Assembly: GCA_001938485.1 (NCBI GenBank)
Contig: MQRK01242253.1
Span: 1 to 64,000, forward strand
Length of the DNA stretch: 64,000 bases
Source of the DNA: Girardia tigrina
Lineage: Eukaryota
Reading direction: 5' to 3'
In this document: one piece after another, positions 24,529-36,842 of the stretch
Layout: the number at the start of each line of letters is the position of its first letter
Numbering within the stretch: position 1 is the first letter of the stretch
Made by a program: the position numbers and the translations under genes
Notes under the pieces: model-generated
Told to the model about the DNA's origin: nothing
The model's input: only the letters and a program-made list of their open reading frames with translations
The model's database searches: none

Positions 24529-24713
24529 TAGTTAATTCTTTGTTTGTTTATATTTTATATACTTCTTGCACTGGTTTATGTTATGGATGGATTTGTGCGT
24601 TGAAATCGTATTTATATTTCATAAGATAATTCGAATTTTTTTAATTTAAAAATGGACAGAATTATTTGACTTTTTTTAAAATATAATAATTTTTATATTA
24701 AAGAAATGTAAAA

Positions 24714-24756
<43 letters not shown>

Positions 24757-25389
24757 GGGTGGCCATAAGTTGCATAACCCAGTTTATTATTTTTATTGTG
24801 TTTATTGTGTGTTTATTTTTATTAAAACTGGTTTATAACGGACCTTCGGTTAGTACGGACGAATATTTTACATCCGGCAAAACCATGCTACTTTCAATGC
24901 AATATTTGTCGTATATTACGGACTCTATTTTATCAGAATTTCGGTTATAACATACCAATTGTCGAGTCCGCTGAAAAAAATCCACCTGTTATTACGGATG
25001 TTGCATTGTATGTGTATATATGTATTTTCATAAGATGTAAAATTATAAATAACTTTTTTATCTTTCTGTCTCTAATAAATTTTGAAGGCAAAGAATTGAA
25101 AAAAAAATATTATATCATTCATTGTATTAATATAATCAAAATAATTCAATACAACCAACCTATTTCCCCTGTAGAATTTACCAATATTTATCATTTTCTT
25201 AATTAGATTTTTTTAAATTAGAAATTCTTTATTTCTTTAATTTTCATTTTGTTTTAAATATTTATTTGTACTGTTAAAAAACACGTTATTTAACTAAATT
25301 AATCAATTTCAGTGCAAATTTATTTTCTCTCTTATTTTATTCTTGTCGTTATTCATACAATGAATGATAATCGCCTGTGAACTTATTTT

Positions 25390-25770
25390 ACTTTAGAAGC
25401 AAAAAAAGAGGATTATTCGGGAAATTGAGCCAGGAAAAAAACAAACAGCTGTTTCACCAAGTCTTAAATGCTCTAAACATGCAAACAGTTAATTCCATTT
25501 GGCAAGATCGTGACAGACTACGCCATGCCTATCAGTCAAATCCCAACAATGACAGTAAAGGAATATACAATGCTATGTTGGGTTATGTTGAGGAGGCCCT
25601 ATTAAAATAGTTTACGACAGTTCACTCCCAAAACACTCCTATAAATGGTCCTGTAATTCATGAGAAAGCATAGGACTTTGCTAAATTGTTTAAGCACAAA
25701 AGATTTCAGTGTAGTGGTTGCTGGCTGAACAGTTTCAAAACTCGCCATAATATTCTTCTCCAAGGCTGAT
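25390..25770 (+). mobile_element. Tigger/CENP-B-like HTH transposase fragment
   Basis: VEEALLK*F......NTPINGPVIHEKA..FA...F..S.CWLNSFKTRHNI. Confidence 0.75.
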
Positions 25771-28253
25771 CGGTAAGAACTTATAGAACTTGTCTCAGAA
25801 TCAGTGGCCCGTCTATTAAAATGTGATTCTATCTATTCTTCGGCGGTAGAAGATGGTGGTCCATTCTCCAATGGTGGTGACTTTGAAAAAAGCTTAGCGG
25901 CCTTTTGGAAGTAATTTAAAGAAACTTGGATTCGTCAGTAAAAATATCGATATGTGGTTACCACATGAACTAAAAGAAATTTACGGGGTTCTAGTTTTTC
26001 GCTTATCTGGAAATCTGAAGTGATCTTTATGGTAACATATTACGAACGGAACATTACTTTTTCCATTTTCATTCCATCGTCATTCATTGCGACAACACCT
26101 AAATTCTAATTAGAATTGTAATCCAATTAAGATAAAAAAATTATAATGGTAGTAAAATTTTATATTTGGTGCCTTGCAACTTGCGAATGACGAGAATTCA
26201 TTAGTTTGGTATGAAACATGTTGGAAAATGAAATATGTATATATTCGTGTAAATTCTTATATCGAATTCACAATTTCAAGTTATAAAAAAACTTTATTTG
26301 ATTTTAAAAGAAAAAAATTGTTGTTGTGGTAAATTTGTGTGAATGCTGTAATTTTAAATATTTTGTAAAAATTAGTTATTTAAAAAATTATTATAAAGAA
26401 TTAGAATATTAAAAGAAATAAACAGTTGTTTAAATTAACAAATGTTTATAAACAATTTAACATGTTTATAAACAACAAATTAACAAATGTTTATAAATGG
26501 TAGAAAGTTATATTTAAGAAAAAGATATGAGCCATAACATTTCTGTATTTCATTTATTATAGGCAAATAAATTATCGTCAATTCTGTTTCGATTTTTGAA
26601 GGAAATTTATTATAAATTTTTTAATGCAGATTCGAATTCTCCATGCGAAATAATATTGTCACCTAAGTAGGATATTCAGCCATTGGCTGTGAATAATGAA
26701 TTTGAAATTGAAAAGGGGATTACCAAACTATCAGTCGATTTGTTGCTGTTAAAAATTTCGAAATATGGACGAGGACATCGTATCACAGCCGTTTCAGGGA
26801 GTAAAATCAATAGATGAACAGTGTTATGAATGTTGCGATCTACTGAGACTGCAATTTAAATTCAAACACGAAATTTACGAGCTGTAAACACGGCATTAGG
26901 TGGCCAAACTTTTCGATGATTGACTTCGGACTCCAAGTGAAACCGGTAGACGTTAATCAACTTTATATTCATTCAGAATGGTGCTCAACTAACAGAATAA
27001 ATAATTTGAATCAATATCGGGACGGGGTTCCTTCACCAAACTATCCGTTTCCTTCGATCACATCCACAGTGGCAGGACTTCATCAGCCACTAAAATCTTA
27101 AGGTGGTGCGATATTGTGAATAGATTTGGTACGTCACCGGAAAGGAGAAATTATATCGCGAAGATAGTTGATTCCTGTTCAGGTTATACCCATATGTCAT
27201 TTCCTTTTTCTACAGCCTCTGCTGATACGAGGGGTGTCCCAAAAGTTCGCGAGATGATTAGTAACAACAAATTCAAAAAGTTTATTCCAGTTAACAAAAT
27301 TGATCAATCCTCATCAGAATCGCTATCGAACTTTTCAATATAATCACCATTCAGTTTCACACACTTTTCCCATCTATGTGTCAACTTCCTAATATCATTA
27401 TCCGCAATTCACGCACTCAATGCTGTTTTCATTTCATTGACAATCTCGAAATGATGTCCTCGAAGGGGTTTCTTCAATGCCGAGAAAAGGTGATAATCAG
27501 GTCCGGCGTGAGGTCCGGTGAATATTGGGGGTGAGGCAAAAGTGTCCAGCCCAATCATTGCACGGTACTGACAGTCAATTTCGCTGCATTGGGAAGAGCG
27601 TTGTCCTGTTGCAATAATGAGATTGATGACAACTTTCCCCGCCGTTTGTTCTTGAGAGCTTTGCGCAGATCTTTGTCGAGCAGGTTCGTGTAGTGTGCAC
27701 TGTTGATGGTGACCCCTTTTGGCAGATAATCAATGTGAATTATCCAATCACAGTCCCAAAAAACTGTAACCATTACATTCCCGGACGAAGGGACGGTCTT
27801 CGCCTTTACAGGCGGTCTGTCACCTTGGCGGCACCATTGACGAGACTGCTCCTTGGTTTCAGGAAGATAAAACGGGAGCCACGTTTCGTCCACTGTCATA
27901 ATCCGTGACCAGAACGCCTCACCGAGATCATGAACCAGATGCAGCAGTTCTTGACAAGCAGACTTTCGATTAGCCTTCTGGTAGTTGTTGAGGAGTTGCG
28001 GCACCCACCTTGCAGTCTGTTGCCTCACCTGTAGCTCCTCTGAAATGATGCGGTGAACCTGACTTTTAGAAACTCCTGTAATAGCTGCTATCTCACGGAT
28101 AGTGAGACATCTGCCACCAAGAATGACTTCCTCGATAACTTTCACATTTTTTTGACATACGGACGTTGTTGGTCGCCCACTGCGTTCATCATACTCCAAT
28201 GATTGACGCCCTGTCTAGAATCGTTGCACCCACTTAAAGACAGCCGTTCTTCC

Positions 28254-28703
28254 TGTTAGGAATATTTGGTGTGTGTAGTGTTTGCATGTTTAAATGTTGT
28301 ATGTTGATTTGGGATTGTGCCTCTCCTAACCAGATGGATTATCAATATTTAATTTCTTATAATCTGAAACTAATTTATTTAAATTTAGATTTAATATTCA
28401 TATTTTTAATTTTTATTATTGCAACTTTTAAATAAGTTTATTGATTTTTTTTGTAAATTTTTAAATAATTAAAATCAAATTAATGTTTAAAAATGACTAT
28501 AAAAATATTTTATTTCAGCCAATAAAATTTAAATTAAATATTTTTAAATAAAATAATCTTCTCAAGTATAGTTCAGATTATAATGGGAGATATTGAAAAT
28601 TGATTGATGGATCTAAGTGAAAGCAATACTTTTGATCACCATAAAGATGATAAGAAATGTGAATGTAATAAATGTTCTGTCAAATGTGTGAGTTCTCTTA
28701 ACA
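28254..28703 (+). mobile_element. Solo LTR, family A (450 bp)
   Basis: TGTTA...TAACA termini; 5-bp TSD CTTCC; AATAAA near the 3' end; splits the mariner ORF. Confidence 0.88.
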
Positions 28704-28826
28704 CTTCCCATAGCGGCATCACCAAAGACGCGGTGTAAACGGTGCACAATATCTGCAGTGGGGTGTCTTCCTTCCAGAGGAAATAGATGATTGCTCGTTG
28801 AGATTTCATTGCCTCTTCCATACTAA

Positions 28827-29475
28827 TGTTGGGTAATCAAATCTTTAATCTTAAATATTTACTTTTTTTAAAAAAACACAAATCTTTATTCTTTAATCTT
28901 TAATCTCTAGTCTTTAATCTGACTTCAATTAATCAGAAAGGACTTCCAACATAAATATATAGACAATGAACACAAATTCTTTTATGAAACTTTATTTCAA
29001 ATAACAAAAATTAACAAGTCAAAAATAATAATAATTCAATTCTTGATGTCAGAGCACAATACGAGTTAAGAGATTACAGCAAAAACTGTGAATCTCCAAA
29101 ACGAACGATAGTTTAGATTTAAATTAAACCTTTTTCTCCCATACGGGATACTTATGGTTTACAAAAAGAATATTTTAAAAGGAATAATAAATAAAAAATA
29201 ATTCTTTATATCAAGTTTACTTGCTTCCTTGATTTTGTTTTTGTTGAGAGAATTTTTTGGGTAAACTAAACTAAATTTGCTGCTGTTTATATAGTAGTTT
29301 TCATCAGCCTTGAAAATTGATAAAATAAAACAAAGACTAAAATATTTTTAATTTTAAATTCCAAATTTTGTTAAACTGAATATTATTTTGTTTGAAATTT
29401 ATAATTTTACCAAAAGAATTATTTTAAATTTGCATAAAATTTCATCAAAAATGTTCACATGTATTTGTCGAAACA
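28827..29475 (-). mobile_element. Solo LTR, family B (649 bp)
   Basis: TGTT...AACA termini; 4-bp TSD CTAA; TATA-like and AATAAA motifs on the minus strand. Confidence 0.75.
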
Positions 29476-32400
29476 CTAACGACAAGAGAGAAAAATGACA
29501 AATTAATACATTCGCATGTCACACACATGCCGATGGGCAGCCAATGAGAGTTCTTCTCGATTACAATTGGTTGGTTCCCCCCTCATGTCATCGTACACAC
29601 ACCGGGCGTTACAGTCACGCACACACGTGACCACGCCATATTCTCTCAGTCCGTGAACTTTTGGGACACCCCTCGTAAATCCTCGGGTATATCAACAGCT
29701 AAGGAATTCCTTTTGGGAATGATAAAAGAAGAAGTCTATCTCCCATTGCTAATCTGGCTGAAACCGCATGGATGCATAAGGTGATAACCTGGTACTGCGG
29801 CCTATTGTACGTAGTGGGCATGTCGCGTCGGTATACTCCCATTATATCCAATATTTACGATCGCGACGAGGATGTCACTTTTGTGAAGGACGGGCTCATT
29901 CTTTAAATTTTTGAATAATTAATTTTTGTAAATAATATCTAAATTAAGAAAAATATTTAAAATTAAAAGTTCTAAAACAGTTATAACTAAATATCTTAAT
30001 TAATTTAAAAAAAGAGTTATTTTTATAAGTAATTGAATTTTAATTATTTTGCATTTATTTTAAAAATTATTCCGAAGAATAACTTTATGAAATTTTTGTT
30101 GTCAGAGATGTAATAAAAAAATATAATTTAGATTTAAAAACCAGTTAGAAATTCTGCAAATTAAAATTCGATAAATAATTAATAAAATATATAATATATA
30201 TAAAAACTGCTATTAAAAATTTTATAATTAATGAATCACTATTAAATAATAATAAATTTAAATATTGCTTAAATAAAATATTTTGGTATTTTAAATTCAT
30301 CAAGTGTATTATAAATCGTAAATTGTATTTTATATTTGCAAATTGTATTTTTAAATTTAAATATTGATAATAAATAATACGTTAAACTCTTTTGTTTGGT
30401 TAAAATAAATTTTGATTTTATACTGATTTTGAATCAAATTTTATCAAATAATAGAATACTAATCTATAAAATTAATGGAAAATTTTAATTTCTAAAATCG
30501 CATTTTAATAAATAGCTTATTATTATTTATAATTCCATATTTTTATGTATAAGAAACTTGGTCGAAAGAAAACAAAAAGTTCCTCAAGAAAAATTGTTTA
30601 AATAATTGTTATTTGTGTTATTAATAAATTTTTGGTGTTAATGAATTATAATATTGATCAAGAACCCAACAACTTTAACTACCACCATCTTTTTATTATA
30701 ATCATTGTACAAAATAGTATTTGGATAGTGATTTGCCGCGGGATACTGTATAAATGAGAGGTGCGGTAGTCCTCGTAAACCTGTTTGGGCATCAGCATAA
30801 AATGTGTTAGCATAACGCATTGCTCGCATGGATAAAGAAAATAAGCGCGTTGGTTTGAAGGTTATGGGCTTATTCGGAGTCCATGCAGAAGGAAGGGATA
30901 CATCAATCTGACATTCCGGTGCCATTGAATACGTCTGAATTGCGTCATGCTTACAATTTTCCATATGTGTCAATCGCGAAATGTGGGGAATCTCTCTATT
31001 TATGCGTGTATCACGAAGAACCACTGGTGACTCCTCACAATGACGATCGATCGGCTCATAGCGATTTTGATATTGCTGAAACGAAAGATTTGCATTATCA
31101 TCAGATGATTGCGATAAGGTTGTTAAAGAAGAATATTTATTTTGTAGATGTTACAGGAATTACATTGAATTCTGAGAAGCTGGATTCATCTGAAGAAAAT
31201 TAATTATGAAAATGTAGAATAAGTGAACATATGCCCAAATTAGAAAGAAAAATAAAAAAAATTAAACAACAAAATATAACGAAATTCAAAATCTCAATGC
31301 GCGTACGGCTAAATAATATGATTTTTATACCTGTGTTTGGTTCACGTACATTCCTGGCAGGTATTTCCTCAAGGAAGTACAATACAAGTTTAAAGCCGTT
31401 TGTTTCTTTTTGTATTTTTTATATATGTATATTATGTGCCATAATATTAGTAAACAAAGTGAAAATAATCTAGCACTAAACAATATAAATGGTCATGTGT
31501 ATAATTGCGCATTATTTTAACTTTTATGAGGTGTATTATGATTTTCTACTTTGTAAATGAATGGTTGAATCTTTGTTAAGGAGTTAAATTCGATGAACTT
31601 TTCGTGAGTTTTAAGGTGTGGTAAGGCGAATAATGGACTTTATTGTATAAATATATCCCATGACAAATTATGAATAGTAAAATTTAACATATGATCTTGT
31701 GTTAGAATACTTTGTCGCGCCCATTTAATTTCAAATGCAGCTATGAGTATCATTTCACGATATATGAGAACATACATGTTGGTATTATTTTGATAACCAT
31801 CAAAGGACATTGTTCGAAATTCATCATGTTTTTGCCAATAACATAACTCGATGCAGATTTAAAGGAATACTTGGTGTTATGTGATCCAACATCAAGACGT
31901 ATGTGGTGTGGGACAATTTGTAGTAATATTTGTCGTTCTCGTAACGATATACTTTGTTCGTCATTTATACCTCGCAAAATAAAAGACAAGATAATCATTA
32001 AAATCAAAACGATTAGAATTTTTAAATATTTCAATTTATAGACTGGTTATTAATCTTTACTCACAAGCTTTTCATCTATTTTAATATTTATTTGCGCATT
32101 TTCCGTCGCAACTTATGTAAATTAGCACCTTTAATAAACATTTCTTCCTTCGTTTTTTGTTTATTACGTTGATATATGTGATTTAAGTCATGATGTCTTA
32201 CATAAAGAACGGCAGCCTTTTTCCCTTCTAATGACATAATCTCATTATTTTCTATTATTTCGAATACTGGCTTAACCAATTCCGAAGCATATCTCTTACT
32301 ATATCCGGATGCGGTATCTCCGCGTCGATCTTGAAGTGCTAAATTAGAGTATATTATAAGAGGTGATATAACCGTATGGAACGGTGCTCGATGCACTTTT

Positions 32401-33714
32401 ACTTTCATTAGCGCAGTTAATCCTTCAATGCCTTGATATTCGCAACCCTGGATATTCGCATAATTGTCTGTTTGAGTAATTTTGCAGGCTTGCGAAACAT
32501 ATGTCGAGTGTTTACAATCTGCAATAGGATAGCATTTCTTTTTGAATCTTTTACAGCAAAGAGATGTAGGTATTCTCTTACTGCATATTTGAAAAATTGG
32601 TCATTGTAAATATGTCATTTTGCAAAGTGAAACCCAATAACTTCTTGCAATAGTAAAATGGTTGCTTTCTCGCGCATCTCTTCTCGGGATAATGGTGATC
32701 CATTTTCCAAATTTATTCTTGATTGTTTTATTTGAATTGATTTTGATCGGGGTACTTGAAGATTAATTGTTATAATATCTTCATAATCTGTAGATTCAGA
32801 ATTTCTGATTTTTGTGGGCTTATTATTTGATGTTGATGGATCGATTTCTATTACTGCGACTTCAAGTTGTGTGCGTGATATAAGATTATATTCCTTTCTT
32901 GGCTCATTTTCTGCTTTTTTACATCTATTTGCACGTACCACAATTGGATCTGCCTTTTTACGTTTTATTATAAATAGATTTGTGGGTGTCACTCTGACAA
33001 CTTCATATGGACCCTTATATAGCCTTGCCAACTTTGGAGTTAATACTTTCTTAGGGTCAGGAGAAAATATTCTCACCTTGTCTCGACTTTGTAAGAGTGT
33101 GGTTTAGCCTTTTTTCATATTGCTCTTTATATTTCTCTTGATTATACTTTATTTGTAAACCCACTTGTTTATAAACAATGTTCATTTTTTCTATCATCAA
33201 GGTTATAAAATCTGGGACCTCCATCAACTGAGATGGTGCCGGATTAAAAACTAAATCGACAGGCATTATGATTTCCCTTAAATATAGAAGGTAACTGGAC
33301 TTATAACCTGTTATTTCAGATTTTGTATTATTTATTACAAATAGTATAGTATTACAAATAGAGTATAATATATCACAGTTGCATTGCTTGCGATTTTTTA
33401 AACAAGCCATTCTATTTAGAAACGTGCTATTTGTACGCTCAACCAATCCATTAGTTCCAGGATGATATCCAGTAGTATTGAGTTTCAATATTCCGAAAAC
33501 ATGATTTATTTGATTCATGACGTTACTCATAAAATTTTGTACTCTGTCTGTCAAAATCTTTTTTGGTGGACCATATTTAAATATGATACATTCAACAAAA
33601 ATAGGTACCAATGTTTCAACTTTTTGATCTGGCATTGCAAAGGCTTCTGTAAATTTCGAAAAATCATTTAAGAAAACTAAAATGTATTTATTACCATTTA
33701 TTGTTTCTGGCAAT

Positions 33715-34535
33715 GGGATGTCGGTCCCGCGACAGGCTCACGGCAGTTCCGAGTTGTGTTTTGTTCTCCATTTGGAGATCGGTTCAGTCTCAGTTGGTGT
33801 TCGGTTCGATCTATCGATCGATTCGTGTTTGAACTGTTTATCGATACCTCGAGAGAGGTGTCGGTCGATCTGAAACGTAGGGTTGCATTTGGGGATCGAT
33901 TGAACGAATCAAAAAATGATCGATAAAGAATAAAAAAAGGACGATTACATTCAGAAGCATTGCATTTGAAAATTCATGACATTAAAATTTAAAACTGTGA
34001 CACAATTCCATATTTGTTTAATTTAATTAAACAAATTAATTTAATTAATCAGTTTTTTAAAAGTGTTTTTCTATATCGGTCGTTTGACTGAAGCACCATA
34101 GTATCAAACCAAACAGTCTTCAAAATAATCGAGGAGAGACTGCAAAAGTAATTCATTCTCTTTGAAAAAAACTTGTTTTGATAAGAATATCATAGCAATC
34201 GATGACATCGTACAATGGAAAAAATGAAAGAGCTAAGATTTGACGAAGATTTAGTGAAAAGTCAACATTTTTTGTGTCAATATACTGTTGCATAATTTCA
34301 TTGCTGCACTGAATTTGTCTCCATAAACATTGAGCAAAGTGAAAAAACATCCTTTGTTAGATGCAGTAGAAAATACATCTTTGAAAGCATTAATTTGTAC
34401 GGTTTCGATATCAGTCATCAGGGTTAGTGGATTGAGTAAGGGTTCTAAATCATATAGACCGAAAAGTCTTAAAATAAGATGAATGACGTTTATTCGCCAT
34501 TATGAATAGCAATGGTATAACATTATTAAATTTGA
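33715..34535 (-). mobile_element. MULE (Mutator-like) fragment within the Gypsy pol region
   Basis: MTDIETVQINAFKDVF....KGCFFHFAQCLWRQIQ...LRQILALSFFP. Confidence 0.8.
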
Positions 34536-35301
34536 TACCATCAATTGTATATAATTACGCAAAAAGTGGTGGAGCTGTCTAGAAAGTTCCATCTGCAAAC
34601 CAGTAAGGACAGTTTTTCAGCAAATTTCGCAAAAACTAAACGAGTTGGAACTGCATTTGAATTCATTTCGATTTTCATTGCTTTTTTCACTAACTCATCA
34701 AAATTGACATATTCAACTAAACTCAATGCAGCTTTATTATGATTCTGAATCCCAGACCAGAATTGATCCTCCACCAGTTTTGATGCCTGTTCTGTTCATT
34801 TTTTGCGTTCAACAAAAGCCTTTTCTGCAAGAGTAGATAAATGGAAAGCAAATTCACTTACGGATTCATTGGCATTTTGTGTTCTGGTATAAAACTTTTT
34901 GCTTAAAATTCGTCTAATGTATTCACTGATTAATTTTTCTGCAAGAGCGTCCTTTATTTTTGACCATTTCACAACTGTCCTTTTGTCAATCTGAGTATAA
35001 GCTTCTTTGGCTGCACCTTTTAGGTACAAAGGTAATCTTTGAATCATAGTTTTATCTGACCAACCGTACACCGAAGCATACATATAATAATCTGTCATAA
35101 AATCAACGAATTCAACAGGATCTCCTCCATATTGATTTACTGGTAATCTTTGAAACTTTACTAAATCATTATTATTTTCACGATTCTCTTCTGCCATTTT
35201 AACCTTTTTATTCCGTAAATTATACTTCGAAACTTTTATTTTCTTTCCAAATATCAATAAATTCAAAATCTTCAAATGTTTTCAATTTAAATAAATACGA
35301 G

Positions 35302-35315
35302 CGTCGGGCTCACCA
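35302..35315 (-). promoter_or_regulatory. Primer binding site, tRNA-Trp-like
   Basis: TGGTGAGCCCGACG, 7 nt after the LTR end; one mismatch from the tRNA-Trp-type PBS TGGTGACCCCGACG. Confidence 0.65.
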
Positions 35316-36034
35316 AATATTATGTCGGGTATTCTAAAATATTATTCGTTAATAACTTTCAACAAGCTTTCAAATATAAATGTCTGACTCCTTTTCAAAT
35401 GGTTCTTTCAACTTTATAATGAATATAATAATTTGATTAACCCTCTCTTGAGGTTTCTATTCAAATAAATCTCGTCGGAAATTAGTTTCAAAATATTATT
35501 AATAGTAAAAACTCAATGGAATTCTAATTCAAGACTTTATTCAATTGACTCACAATGATCTTTCGGAATTGTACAAAGTATAAATAACGATGGAGGATTC
35601 CAAGATATTAATCGGTATATTTTTCTTCTTTCTTATTTTTTTATAATTTCTTTAAGTTAATATTTTTTAACTTTTTAATCTTTCCAAATTTAGTAAAATT
35701 TAGATTGGTATTTATACCCAAATAAAAAATATTTTTTTATTTAATGTTAAATTTAGTTATATTAAATATAAAATAAGCTTATTAATTATTATTTATTTTT
35801 ATTAATCTGATTTTATCAGAGTTTAAAGAAAGAGTCATTAGGCTCTATAATCATCGACGGCAAACACCGACAAACAGGCTCCACAATCTTTGACGGTAAA
35901 CATCGATAACTGATAAATATTAACTGTTAAGTCAGATTATTTCTGACTTCATTTTTTATTATTTTATTTTCAAAATAAGTAAGTTTATTTTTTTAATAAT
36001 AATAACAATAATAATAATAATGATAATAATAAAT

Positions 36035-36145
36035 TAATTATTTTCCAAGCCTTTAACGGCTTTTTCCGACCAACTCAGGAGTGCCCCTTAATTAACGGGT
36101 CCCTGTGGAAGAAGGAAAAACTCGTTGAGAAGGAACTAAATAAAA
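36035..36145 (+). mobile_element. Possible 3' end of an R4/Dong-like LINE in a (TAA)n tract
   Basis: Short GC-richer island ending AAATAAAAAT, flanked on both sides by TAA repeats; no coding motif. Confidence 0.3.
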
Positions 36146-36425
36146 ATGATAATAATTTTAATAATAATAATTGTTTCANNNNNNNNNNNNNNNNNNNNNN
36201 NNNNNNNNNNNNNNNNNNNNNNNNNNNNNNNNNNNNNNNNNNNNNNNNNNNNNNNNNNNNNNNNNNNNNNNNNNNNNNNNNNNNNNNNNNNNNNNNNNNN
36301 NNNNNNNNNNNNNNNNNNNNNNNNNNNNNNNNNNNNNNNNNNNNNNAATTATAATAATAAAAAATAAAAAATATAATAATGATAGTAATAATTATAAAAT
36401 AAATAATAATAATAATAATAACACT

Positions 36426-36842
36426 TGTGAGGAATGTTTTGAATTATGTGTTGATATTGTGCATGTAGAATGTTGATTCGGATTGTGCCTCTCCTACACA
36501 GATGGATGATTGATATTTTCTTTGATTCATACTAATTAAAAGTAATTTAATTTAATTTTAAAGTAAAAAGATTTTTAAATAATTATTGCATGTATTATTT
36601 ATTTTTAATGTANNNNAAAATTTTAATATATTAATTTAATATGTTCTATTTTTTAAAAAAATGTTTAGATTTAATTTTAACCAATTAGATTCTTTATAAT
36701 TAATAATCGCTATTAACAGATTTTCATTTATTGAATTTAATTAGTTTGAAGGCAGAAAAATATTGATTAAGAGAGATGTCGAATAGTGAATGCGCTTGTA
36801 ATATTAATAAATGTTGTAAACCTTATGTTGATGTTGTTAATA
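36426..36842 (+). mobile_element. Older diverged solo LTR related to family A
   Basis: TGTGAGGAAT start; shared GGATTGTGCCTCTCCTA..CAGATGGAT core; imperfect TSD ACACT/ATACT. Confidence 0.6.

Larger units (their letters stand above)
27228..29675 (-). mobile_element. Full-length mariner carrying two solo LTR insertions
   Basis: TIRs CGAGGGGTGTCCCAAAAGTTC with TA TSDs; RWVPQLL, TVDETW, VFWD, QDNA motifs; ~1340 bp once the inserts are removed. Confidence 0.93.
31230..35950 (-). mobile_element. Deleted Ty3/Gypsy LTR retrotransposon: 5' LTR, PBS, gag, integrase with GPY/F, env-like remnant
   Basis: LTR from 35323 (far end ~35950, uncertain). gag 34541-35200 (YGWSD....RLPLYLKGAAKEAY). Integrase 33057-33713 (NGNKYILVF..FSKF, TGYHPGTNGLVER). 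KLARLYKGPYEV. No PR/RT/RNaseH or 3' LTR seen. Confidence 0.88.
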
